In this document: in pieces, positions 1 through 11,262 of the stretch
How positions within the stretch are numbered: the first letter of the stretch is position 1
How the letters are laid out: every line of letters starts with the position of its first letter
Source: Cirrosporium novae-zelandiae
Taxonomy: Eukaryota
Reading direction: 5' to 3'
Length of the DNA: 64,000 bases
NCBI GenBank assembly: GCA_026023565.1
Contig: JAPETS010000024.1
Coordinates: 434,001 to 498,000 of the forward strand
Program-made: the position numbers and the translations under genes
The notes under the pieces: model-generated
Databases searched by the model: none
Told to the model about the DNA's origin: nothing
What the model saw: the letters and a program-made list of their open reading frames with translations, nothing else

Positions 1-1713
1 GCAGAGGCTGCCAGACTGTTCTGTCAACTGATTCTACGTGGCGTGAGGGTCATAGCATTCTGCAGAGTCAGAAAACAGTGTGAACTTCTAATTGGTGCCG
101 TGAAAAATGAACTCGTGTGTTTAGGGCGTCCAGAGGTAATGAGCAGAGTTATGGGTTATAGAGGTGGTTATAGCGCACAAGACCGACGGAATATTGAAAA
201 GGAGATGTTCGAAGAGAAGCTCGTAGGCATCGTCGCTACAAGTGCTCTAGAGTTGGGCGTTGATATTGGTTCTCTTGACGCTGTCATTACGTGCGGTTTT
301 CCTTACAGTATCGCCAACTTGCGTCAGCAAAGTGGACGTGCTGGACGAAGAAATAAGGATTCCTTATCAGTTCTAGTTGGTGATTCGTTCCCTACAGATC
401 AATATTATATGAATAATCCCGACGAAATCTTCACCCAACCAAACTGCGAACTTCAGGTCGATTTGGAGAATATTATGGTACTTGAGGGGCATGTTCAGTG
501 CGCTGCATTTGAAATGCCAATCAAGCCAGATGAGGACGAGGCATATTTTGGAAGGCAATTGCCAAAGGTAGCGGAGGAGCGACTGACTAAAGACCCACTT
601 GGGTTTTATCACTGCAACGAGCGTTTCCGACCATTCCCCTCTAGATGTGTTTCCATTCGCGACACTGAAGATGGACATTTCGCAGTTGTTGATATTACGA
701 ATGGACGGAACATTGTTCTGGAAGAAGTAGAACCGTCACGCTCATTTTTCACAATATACGAAGGCGGTATATTTCTTCACCAGGGGAATACCTATCTCGT
801 AAAGGAGCTTAATCTAGATACTAAGATTGCCAAGGTTGAGCTTGTTAAGGTTGACTGGACAACTCAACAGCGGGATTTCACAGATGTTGATCCCATTGGA
901 ACAGAAGCAATACGACGCATACCAAAGACTCTGTCAAGGGCTTTCTTCGGGGCTATCAGAATCCGAATGGTGGTTTTCGGCTTCTTCAAGATGGACAAGA
1001 AGCGTCGAATTCTTGATGCTGTTGAAGTGGACAACCCACCAATAGAGATATACAGTAAAGGAATGTGGCTGGATGTTCCGAAATCAGCGCTTGATATTTT
1101 AAATTCGAGACAACTCAACATGGCTGCTGCAATTCATGCTGCTGAGCATGCGGTACTGAGCCTAATGCCAAACTTTGTGATTTCGATGCCTGGTGACGTC
1201 AGAACCGAGTGCAAGAATCCGAAGAAAGAATTTGCGAAAAGAGAAACGTCTCGAAAACGACCAGCTCGTTTGACTTTTTACGATGCCAAAGGGGGCCCAA
1301 GTGGTGCCGGAATAGCACAGAAGGCCTTTGAATTCGTAGATCTCCTTCTGAACCAAGCGGTAGAACGAGTAATTGGATGTCACTGTCAGGGAGGTTGTAT
1401 TGAATGTGTCTGCTCTGAAAGATGTAATGAGGCAAATGCAGTATTAAGCAAAGCAGGTGCAGAGGTGATATTGAAAAGCTTATTGAACATTGAGATCGAC
1501 ATCGAGTCGTTGCCCATGGGACCAGAAGAATCTGCACCAGCTGGGATCGAGACTATTGTTGCAGCCACGGAAATAGCCCCAGCAATAGGATTGGTAGTTC
1601 CAATATTTGACAGTGGCAGGAATTCGAGCGTTCCGCAGAAGCATTCTGTTGGTCAAGCAGACGCAGGAGACAATGAAGTGGACATCAAGATAGATAGAAG
1701 TGAACTAACTTAG
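1..1713 (+). CDS. HRQ1: Hrq1/RecQ4-like ATP-dependent DNA helicase, C-terminal part (5' end lies outside the window)
   Basis: Frame is open from base 1. Contains SF2 helicase motif V (ATSALELGVDIG), motif VI (QQSGRAGRR), AAIHAAEHA and a C-terminal Cys cluster (CHCQGGCIECVC) typical of the DUF1998 zinc-binding domain. Confidence 0.9.
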   Translation, partial: AEAARLFCQLILRGVRVIAFCRVRKQCELLIGAVKNELVCLGRPEVMSRVMGYRGGYSAQDRRNIEKEMFEEKLVGIVATSALELGVDIGSLDAVITCGFPYSIANLRQQSGRAGRRNKDSLSVLVGDSFPTDQYYMNNPDEIFTQPNCELQVDLENIMVLEGHVQCAAFEMPIKPDEDEAYFGRQLPKVAEERLTKDPLGFYHCNERFRPFPSRCVSIRDTEDGHFAVVDITNGRNIVLEEVEPSRSFFTIYEGGIFLHQGNTYLVKELNLDTKIAKVELVKVDWTTQQRDFTDVDPIGTEAIRRIPKTLSRAFFGAIRIRMVVFGFFKMDKKRRILDAVEVDNPPIEIYSKGMWLDVPKSALDILNSRQLNMAAAIHAAEHAVLSLMPNFVISMPGDVRTECKNPKKEFAKRETSRKRPARLTFYDAKGGPSGAGIAQKAFEFVDLLLNQAVERVIGCHCQGGCIECVCSERCNEANAVLSKAGAEVILKSLLNIEIDIESLPMGPEESAPAGIETIVAATEIAPAIGLVVPIFDSGRNSSVPQKHSVGQADAGDNEVDIKIDRSELT

Positions 1714-3594
1714 TCTACGACCGTTTGTTATCTTCACGGTCTAGGACCTGAAGTTTGAATAATACCATAGTAGGGTTTAATTGATACCCCTAATGCAGCA
1801 TGCACTCTAATATCTACTTTGGTCAGAAGATTAGTAGATAATGTTCCTGATGTAAAAACTATCAACTCTGGGCCTATTCATCCCCTCCTCGAGATCATAC
1901 GAGCTATCGGCATTTTTCCTTTCGTCCAGCATCCAGAGCTTTACGGAATGTTTTATGTACCGAGAAGGAGAAGGTTTTAGTGGTGAAAACTTCCGGAAGA
2001 GCCGAAGAAGCCCTAATTAGGCTGGTTCTCTGGGCCAGTGTCTTTCATGCGCTGGCTGGGTGGGTTAAGGCTGGAAACGTTCTTCGGAACATCTTATTAT
2101 ATCTTTGGTGGCGTTGGTGTCAATCTGACGAGAGTTCAGGGTTGTGCATCTGGGTTAGGAGAAAGTCAGATGAGAGAGAGGAGGCTCAAGTTCCCCCGCA
2201 TTGTGGTAATTGGTAGTGGTGAGAAGTTTATATGATGGATGGGACCGAAAGCTTCGGCGATGGTGTTTTGGGCCCATCGAGGGATTCCCAGAAGAGGTAT
2301 TTTGGTCTCTTGATCGGGTGCTCTCCCATGGTCTAGAATCTTATGGGTCAAAGAGTTTTGGATAAATTTTTGAGCCAAGTAGAGATTTGAAATAGACGCA
2401 TCTGTGGCATGGTCTTAAAGGATATTACACGTGAGACAAGCAGGAACGCAGTGGAGGAGGAGGGGTTCTGGTGCAGAGGGTTTGCCGCGGTAGTGGAAAC
2501 TCTCAGTGGAGGCTGGCTACGGCAGTTGGTCGGCATTAACCAGGATTGTTCGATTGAGCTGATACAGATGGATATTCTTTTATATAGACATGTATACAAC
2601 AAGGATCATGGTGGTTTTAAGTGACGGTGGTTCAGAGGTTGACTAAGTATTACCAAATCAAGGTGTCAGGATATCCCCTGGATGATGATTGGTTTCCACG
2701 GATAGATTTAGAAGGTTCTTCAGGAACAGAACTATTGGCAGAAATTGCCATGTCAATAAGTTGCGTACTTGTGGGAGCAAGAGGAAACGCATTGATCGAG
2801 GATGGGATCATGCCGGGGATGGATTGAGATGGATTTCTGGTCAACTAGTTGATTAGTTGGGTTTAGTTTAGTTTTTAGTTTTTGTTAGTCATTACTACTT
2901 TTGCTACTTTGTTCCATTTTGTTGACTTATGGACTATTGACTCTTGGAGGTCTTTTTTGAGTGCTTGGAATGACTGGTCCAAATGCCCAAATGAAATGCA
3001 CCAAATGCACTGACCTTGTTCGATTAAGCTTCGATTTGAAGTTCCCGCGACTTGGCTGATTAACTATAATCAGTCTGATTGCCGGCTGAAGGATGACTTC
3101 CCACTCGATGAGAAAGTTCACATCCTTCGCTGTGTACTACTTTACAGGTACATGGACCTTGATGGATGTATTTGACCCACCAAGAGATATCTATCAGTTG
3201 AGAGAAAAAAAGAAGCAGAAGAAGAAGAAGCAGAAGAAGAAGAATCAAAAAGTTATTTCGGAAATTTAACATTTGAAATTTTAATATATACATAATTATA
3301 CAATTTGCTGATGGTTTATGATTTATGATTTATTATTTATTATTTATTATTTTTTATTATTATTACTATTATTACATTATTACATTATTACATTATTACA
3401 GTGTTATTACAATCAATGTAACCTATGTAAACTTATTGTGTATGCATTGATTGTTCTTTACTTACCAGAACTCCACCGCACTACCATTACTTGGCTTTAC
3501 CTTGGCCCTTCTTCGGCCTTCCCCTTGGGCTCCCCTTAAAACATGACTCTAAAGGATTTGACCTCTAAACTACTCGACTATCCTACTCGACTAT

Positions 3595-3598
<4 letters not shown>

Positions 3599-3638
<40 letters not shown>
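3599..3638. repeat. (AC)n microsatellite, ~20 units
   Basis: Uninterrupted acac run read directly. Confidence 0.95.
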
Positions 3639-3640
<2 letters not shown>

Positions 3641-5461
3641 CATCTCGGGGCTGTTAACTCTTGTTGTCTTTGGCAGAACAATGTCGGGTCAATCTGCCAG
3701 TAGACGGGTTCTAGCGCCACCTTTGTGTTCTAAGCTGCAGATTGCACTTCAATAATCCAACTGCAATCAAAGTCCATCATCTACTTTAAGGATTGCCAAT
3801 TTTCTACAGCAATTGACAAATCAGGCTTCCAATTCTTCCAGAGAAGGTAATAGTCTGAAAACTTGTCTCTAGTCCTGGATGAGGTGAGAAATTGAGGTAC
3901 GTACCATAAAAGTACATGCAGTGGCTTTTTTACCATTATGCATTCTGCAGACAGGTAAAAGCACATGGAAGTTGAAGTTTAGTCATAGTTCAAGGTCCTG
4001 TTGGTTTTGTTCTTGTTGATTTTGCTGTTATTGTTGTTGTCGTTGTTAATGGACAAGTCAATTAAAGGCACCAAAGACATCAAAAAAACATCAAGGCCGA
4101 AAAGGCAAAACTGCACAGACCTCTTGTATCTGCTCAAAGTCTTCCAAGTACGAGCAAAGTACCTTGGCCAAGGCAACTATCTCAAGACCCTTGTTAAAGA
4201 CTTTTTTGTTAAAGCTCATGATCATCAATCACCACCCCTGTTATCCATGTCATCCATGTCCAAGATCAGCAAAAGCTTCGTTGACTTGATCCACCACAAA
4301 AAGCGTTTTTGCTTGAATCTATGTCCAGATAGGATTGGAGAATGTTTAGGTAGGATGGGATGGGGATGGGATGGAGAATAGGATAGGACAGAAAATACAA
4401 ATCCAAATCAGCTCGGGTTAACTAGAGGTTAGGACATAACTAGGTAATTAGGACATAGGACACAAAGGACAAAAGAACATAGGAAGGACAAGAGAGTGAT
4501 AGTTAACTAAAGGGAAGGGAACTCCTCCGTAGCTTTTTCTTCTAAACCCGCCTTTCCCCCCCCCCCCCCTCATCAAAACCGGATGTGGCCCGCACTTATC
4601 AGATCCGGCATTGTTACTGTCTTTAGATGGTGTCAGCTAAAAAACCACCTTAATCCACCTAAACCCATCTAACCATCTTCTGATGTTGCAAAGATAATCC
4701 ACATCCCCGACCGCCGTTATTCCATTGCTTCGAATTCAGTAAACCAGATTTTTCCTTACTCAAAACTTTATTATTTGGAAGAAGATCACTACCAATATCG
4801 GCAGCTTTCCATTAACCCCCCCTCCCCCCCCCCCAAGCCCCAAGCCAAACTGCACATCTCCAGCGGCTGAGAAAGGTACCTAATCAGCTTCAAGGCTTTT
4901 TACAGCTCTAGAATTGCTACTTCCCGTTTTCCAGCCAGGGTCAACCATCCGAAGAGGGGAAATATTTATATCTCAGTTCCAACGTGATATGTGGGCATCT
5001 TGATTGGGCACCATATCAGCTCAATTCTGTTATCCAATTGGTCAATATAAACTTGATCGAAGACTCCTTGAAACCCCCCGGCAGAACCATCATCATTTGT
5101 GCATCTGTGCATTGTCCTTGGTGCTGAAGTCACATCACTCTCATAAACGGCTAACCCCTCTGTCAAATCATTTCAACCACGATCGTGGCGAAGCCTTGAA
5201 GAAATGATTTTGGAAATTTCCCGTCCTCATCAAACATCATTCAGTTTCATCTACATCTAAGAGAAGATTAAATTTCTATCCAAATCTGGGATTTTTTTTA
5301 TTTTCTCCCTTTCTGTTTATTCCTTTTGGCCTCTCCCCCCCCTCCCCCATCCTTGCTGCCGCACACGACTATGTCCGACCCGACCATTCGCCATTGCCTT
5401 GTCTTGAATCAACTTACCAAATCTTCTCTGTGACTAAGTGTTTTAGCTTAATCTTTGAAGG

Positions 5462-8194
5462 ATGGATGGCTTTTCCTACCTTGGTGGTGGGGGACAAAAC
5501 CCCAATCCCAACAATCAATTCCCGACCTTCTACCAAAACATACCTTCAGCAAATCAACCCATGGCCTTTGAACAACAGGAAAACTATCTCCAAAACGTTC
5601 CACCATGGTATCCACAAGCTGCAGCTGCGATGGGGATGGCACCACCAACAATGGGATTTGCCACACGCCCACGCCACCGATCGACACCAGGACCAGATCA
5701 TGTCAAACACAGAAGGACCAGAAGTGGGTGCTACACCTGTCGGCAGAGGAGAGTAAAGGTTATTGTCAACCAGTCCAAACGGAAAAAGTGATCATGGACT
5801 GATTTCTTCGATAGTGCGATGAGGCTCGTCCAGTGTGTGAACGTAAGTTGCCTGTGCTTCTGCTGGTATTTGCTATTACTTAGAGCTTCACAATAGGCTG
5901 CAAAAAGGGAGGGCGAGAATGCGTCTATCCTGAACCAAATTTAGGGTCCAAGTCTTCTGCTCGAAATCGAAAAGCAAGTCGAGGGTGCTCCCCATCCTCA
6001 GGGGAAGATGTAGACGAAGACCTAGAAATTCTGGAAACCATTCCGGACGAAGAGGAAGGAGAAAGCAGCCCTCAACAACCCAAAGAAGGGGGAGGGCCTG
6101 CTGTGAGGTCAAGACTAGCTAACATTTCAAAGAAACGAAGTATGCAAACAATGCGAAAAAAGTTTCCCCCTCCAAAGCAGCTTAAGCAATCATCTTCAAA
6201 AGAAACCAGCTCTTCTCCTTCTTCGACAGACATCTCGGCCTCTCCAATCTCCCATCCTGGCCAGAATCCCGAGAATGCTGGACGCTCAGACACCTCGAGG
6301 GAAAGCTCCCAGCCTTCGGTGAAGTGGGCACACCTGGCTCCGGATTTACGAACGCATCTGGAATTCCATCAAGAGCATATGACACATCACCATTACTTCC
6401 TTAAGTACGATATTATAGATTTTGTGCACAACAATTTGATCGATCTCGCATTAAATTACCCGCCATTGCTATCTGCAGTTGTGGGATTTGCAGCTTTCCA
6501 TCACACACTTCGGAATCCAAATGGCCGCATCCAGGATTTCCTGGGTTACTACAACCGCTCTGTTTCTCTGCTTCGCCATTGTCTGAAGAAGGGGGAGAAA
6601 TATTCAGATGCCATGATTCTGACAACTCTTCAGCTCGCCACCTTTGAAGAATATCTGGGTGACTGGATTAATCTCTTTGGACACCAAAAAGCCGCCCTGG
6701 AGATGATGAGAGACCTTTACACCCCCACAAGCATCAATAAAACTGAAGTTGGCCGGTACATCTTTTCCTGGTATGCGCGCTTCGACATTTTTGCAGGCCT
6801 CCTAGCCCGCAGTGGAACCATTCTCGAGCCCGAGTGGTTCTATGCAAATCACCATTACTACGAGCAGCAGGTTGCACGTTTTCCCACTAATTTCCACCAC
6901 AAAATCGAAGCAACGGTAGCATATTACCGAGTCTTGAGTATGGACATGGCAAATCTATTCACCAAACTTCCGAATGGTGCCATCTCAATCGATGACTTTA
7001 CAATAGAAAACAACACCATCAGTTCCCGTATCGCCTCCATTCGCAAGGTGCTCAACGATCTCATCGACCCCCAATATGTGGTAACGACATTTCCCTCTCA
7101 TCCTCCCCTCTCCCCCTCCGACATAGTAAACCCCTACCTCCCAGGTGGCCTTTTCAAAGGCCCCCACCACATCCTCAACCACATGTACCTGGATTTGCTT
7201 GCCCTTGACCTGATGCACAAATCGCAAACCTGTCTTCTTCTCCAACAACCGCTACCCCCTGAGCTAGGGGAAAATGCACTGGAGCAATGTCGGATATTCG
7301 AGGCGGTAGAAATGTGGCCAGAGAGTCCAGAAGGGGCGTTGCTCAATGCGCATGCCAGCTTGGGCTTAGCAAGCGTGTATCTGCCCAAGGATGAGCGACA
7401 TGCGATGTGGTGTAGGAGAAAATTGGCGGGTATTGAGCAGTTGGGGTAAATTCTCCCTTTTCTTTTTATTTTACTCGGGCGGCATCATCACCCTTTCTTC
7501 CTCTTGAACCTACAAATATGTACAAGAAATGATCAAAACGAGTTTATGCCTTCCAGAACACCCATCCATACATCTGCATTTCATTAACATCGGGGAAAAC
7601 AGCTACATCTACCCAGTCACACTGCGCTACAAGCTTTCTGAATTCTGGTCCATTCCTTCCGTCCGCACATGGTGGCTCCCCGACGGCGAAAACCTAACCC
7701 CCATTCTCTGCGCCCTCCGCGCCTTTATCCAAGAACGCACCCTTCCCCCGACCACCGACTTTTCCATGGGTGGCGAACTCGACGACCTCGCTCGCGAAAA
7801 AGAAAACATTCGCGAAATGAAAGGCTTATTCGCGGGTCTGACTCTCAGTGAAGACGGAAGCAGCAGTGGTTTCGGTGATAGCCCTGATAGCGTAGGAACT
7901 TTGGGCAGCAGTAGGGATAGTGGACAGAGTCCACAGAGCCAGGGGGTTCATGGAACGGGGGCTCCGATCAGCAGCATGCCTATGGTTAGCGAAGAAAGTG
8001 GAGAAGAAAAGGGATCGCAGATTCAGATGCATATTCTGCAGCACCAACACCAACAACAAAATATGACGGGGATGATGGGGGCGTTCGGAGGCGGGGATGA
8101 CGCCGGGGGAAGCACTTTTCTGGATCCGACGCACTGGGCCGTGGAGGATCAGACGTGGACGGGGATGCGACACCCGGATGCCCCGTATGAATGA
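5462..8194 (+). CDS. Zn(II)2Cys6 transcription factor with a fungal-specific TF domain; exons ~5462-5758, 5815-5842, 5897-7445, 7603-8194
   Basis: Splicing at GT..AG sites joins RSGCYTCRQRRVK / CDEARPVCE / RCKKGGRECVYP into a complete six-Cys cluster. A helical middle region (LQLATFEEYLGDW, WYARFD) follows. Confidence 0.9.
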
Positions 8195-8699
8195 TGGATG
8201 AGGCTTACTAGTTGACATGGCATGCTCATGATGGGAAGCTGCTACGAACCCATGTGCGGTGCCTGCAGTCCTAAAGGGAAGATCCCCGTCAGATTCAGCC
8301 ATGGTCCAAAAATATATTGTCTCGCAACACGTAACTAAGCGTCGGGCATGAACAACAAGGCAGATGGGCGTACATGGGGAACAAGCATAAGGTAACTACA
8401 TATGGTATGTAGTTCCGCCTTTTCAGCCGCAAGTTCCAGTCATCTGGCCATGAGCATAACAAACAAAAGAGGAGGAAGAAGAGAAAAGGAAATAGAAAAG
8501 AAGGGTTCGAAATACCACCCAGCCATTCATCCATCCATTTCAACCTCTCTAGCTAAGGTCTAGAGAGTAAACCAGGACGACTCGCCCACCCATATTCACT
8601 TCATTTCACTCCACTGGGGGGTCAACACAACTGGAATCCAAATTAGTATAATTCTTTCTTCAATCACCTTGTCTTATTACTGTATTTTTACTCTCCCCC

Positions 8700-10785
8700 T
8701 TTTTTTTCGGGTCATTGGTTTCTTTTTTTTTTATACCATACCAAAAATGTTTGTCATAGAGACCTTATCTTTTTTCATGTATGTACGACAAAATCTTTTT
8801 GGGATAGCATAGGATGGGATAGGATGGAAGTGTGGGAATCCAAAGAGTGAGTGAAAACTTTATACAACTTGGGTTAAAAGAAAAAAGAAAATAATTTTCT
8901 TAAACGGCTAAAAAACTTGAATACTTGGTTACAATCAAATTGATTGATATGTTGCAAGACTTTATCGACATCTTTTCCCTCATATATATATACGCATCTG
9001 CTACACCGCAGCCAGGTTATATATCCTAACCCTAACACACTAGGTATGTATCCGCTCAAGTAGCGGATATATCCCACGTCCTTTTGGCTTTGGTTTAGTT
9101 AGGTAAGAAGTGTTGTTGGCTTGTCTTCTAACACAGCATCCATCTTCCCAACAACTTTTAAAGAAAGAAAGAAAGAAAGAAAGAAAAAAAAGTCCTTTAT
9201 TCAATTCCTCATAGTTTTTTCTCTCCTCTATTCCCCTTTCTATTCTCCCTTTTCATTCCCACCCCCCACCCCTCCCTTTTATTTTATATTCTTTTTTTCC
9301 CCTATCCAAAATAAAATTCATTTATACAATACAAATACACCACAGATATCGCAGACATGGGGGGTTTTTTTTACTAAGATCAACAAGAGGGGTAAGTTTT
9401 TCTCTCCATACCTACATACTTACCTACTTGCCTGCCTACCGTATTACATATACTCCTTTCGAGTCCCCCTTTTTTTTTCACCTCGGTTTTCTTTCCTTTT
9501 CTTTCCTCTCTTCACTTCTAATACCTCACATTTCTACCCTTAAATCACCTTTACTTACCTCACTTACCCATCGAAACTCACTAAAACTAACCTAACATAA
9601 TAAATAACCAAGTATCCAACCAACCAATCAACCTATAACAAACTAATATTCTAGTAAATATATACATATCCTCTATCCAATTTTTTTTTTAATTTACCAA
9701 CCGACTGAATCGAATCATTGAATAAGCGCCAAGCGAAGCAAAGCATGAATGGATAGGTGGATGGATGGGATGGGGGTCGGCAAACCAACAATTCGCGTTT
9801 GTTGAAAGCTCACTTCCATGTTTACCGCGCGGTAAACTCTATATCGCCCTTAAGCAATGTTAAGCAATGTTGGGTCGGGCTTGGAGTCCTTTTTTTTTAG
9901 AGCTGTCTATCTGTCTGCTACCACTACCATCACCACCACCACCTCTACTTTTATTTCATTTTCATTTTCTTTCAAAAAAAAAGGGGAGAAAGCAAGAAAA
10001 AGGGGAGAAAGCAAGAAAAAGGGGTGAATTATCAGGGGTTGAGCTATCGGGTATCGAGGTACGCACCACACCGCACACACTGCTTCATGCACCATATACT
10101 ATGCAGTATTGGAATATTAGGTTACTAGGTTACCCTTTGATGCCAGTTTTCGATTTTGATTTTTGAGAACTTCAACGGCAATGACATGACTAGGGGTTTA
10201 TTATTGTACAGTAGTACTATTGTGTTATCTAAGCTATGGCCCTTTATGATTTCTTGTGTTTGTGTTCATTCATAATCCATGCTATAGGATGAGATTTAAT
10301 TTCATTCACCACAGACACAGCTGATAGCTGACTTTAGCTTTAATTATCTAACTTAACGGTCTATCCTAACCTGTTGTTGTTGTTATTGTTATTGTTCGAG
10401 GTGGTATATATAAATAGGTAAGCAGTTCAGAAGGTAGGTAGTAGGTAGGTAGACATTCTTCCTACACATCCCTATTCACCCATCACCCATTACCTGCTTC
10501 TTTCTTCTTCCCTTTTCCTCTCTCCTCTTGCCCCATCCCTATCCCCATTTATTTTCCCATTTACTGAACCATCTATAGATGAATTGGATAGAATTACTTG
10601 GTTGATAAGAGGGATGGTTGCAACCCCCCCCCCCCCCCCTCCTCTCCCTGAGGTTATGATATATATATATTCATGTACGTATGTAAGAACAAATAATCGA
10701 TAATCGAAAACCAGGGGCAATATATATTGTATGTGTGGTTTTCATGTCTTATATGTTATATGACATATAAAGTATAACATAAGGT
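8700..10785 (+). ncRNA. TER: Putative telomerase RNA (TER/TR); boundaries approximate, especially the 5' end
   Basis: No credible ORF. Template CCTAACCCTAAC at 9025-9036, 11-bp hairpin at 9046-9072, U-rich pseudoknot candidate at 9075-9195, P6/P6.1-like junction at 9837-9902, ATAAGT at 10786 with CTAAC branch motifs at 10846 and 10854. Confidence 0.8.
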
Positions 10786-11001
10786 ATAAGTGTAAGATAC
10801 AAAACCAATACAGACGTTACCTATGTACGGGAACGTATGGGTAATCTAACCAACTAACCAACCAACCATGGACTCTAGACTTTATATGAACCATGAGCCA
10901 TTAATTAATTGAATTAAAAAAACACACATATGCATTTTTGTTGTTATCTTATTACTTTCGTTTTTGCCTTTGTTCTGTTTTTTTTAGACATACAATACAC
11001 A

Positions 11002-11147
11002 ATACACAATACAGATATAAATATAATAATGGTTAATGTTAGACCCAATGAATGAAGAAGGTGGAAAAAAAGATGAAAAATGAAGAATGATGGAAAGAAA
11101 GAACACACACATACACAATACATACACAATACAGATATAAATATAAT
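11002..11147. repeat. 26-bp direct repeat (atacacaatacagatataaatataat) at 11002-11027 and 11122-11147
   Basis: Two identical copies 120 bp apart, read directly. Confidence 0.85.
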
Positions 11148-11169
11148 GTTAAACCCGAAGAATGAAAAC

Positions 11170-11262
11170 GAAGAAGAAGAAGAAGAAGAAGAAGAAGAAG
11201 AAGAAGAAGAAGAAGAAGAAGAAGAAGAAGAAGAAGAAGAAGAAGAAGAAGAAGAAGAAGAA
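11170..11262. repeat. (GAA)31 trinucleotide microsatellite
   Basis: Perfect gaa run of 93 bp. Confidence 0.95.

Noticed and set aside
9121..10166. ORFs 9121-9543 and 9867-10166 within the TER candidate
   Set aside because: Low-complexity F/P/K-rich translations of homopolymer runs with no domain; the RNA-structure explanation fits better.
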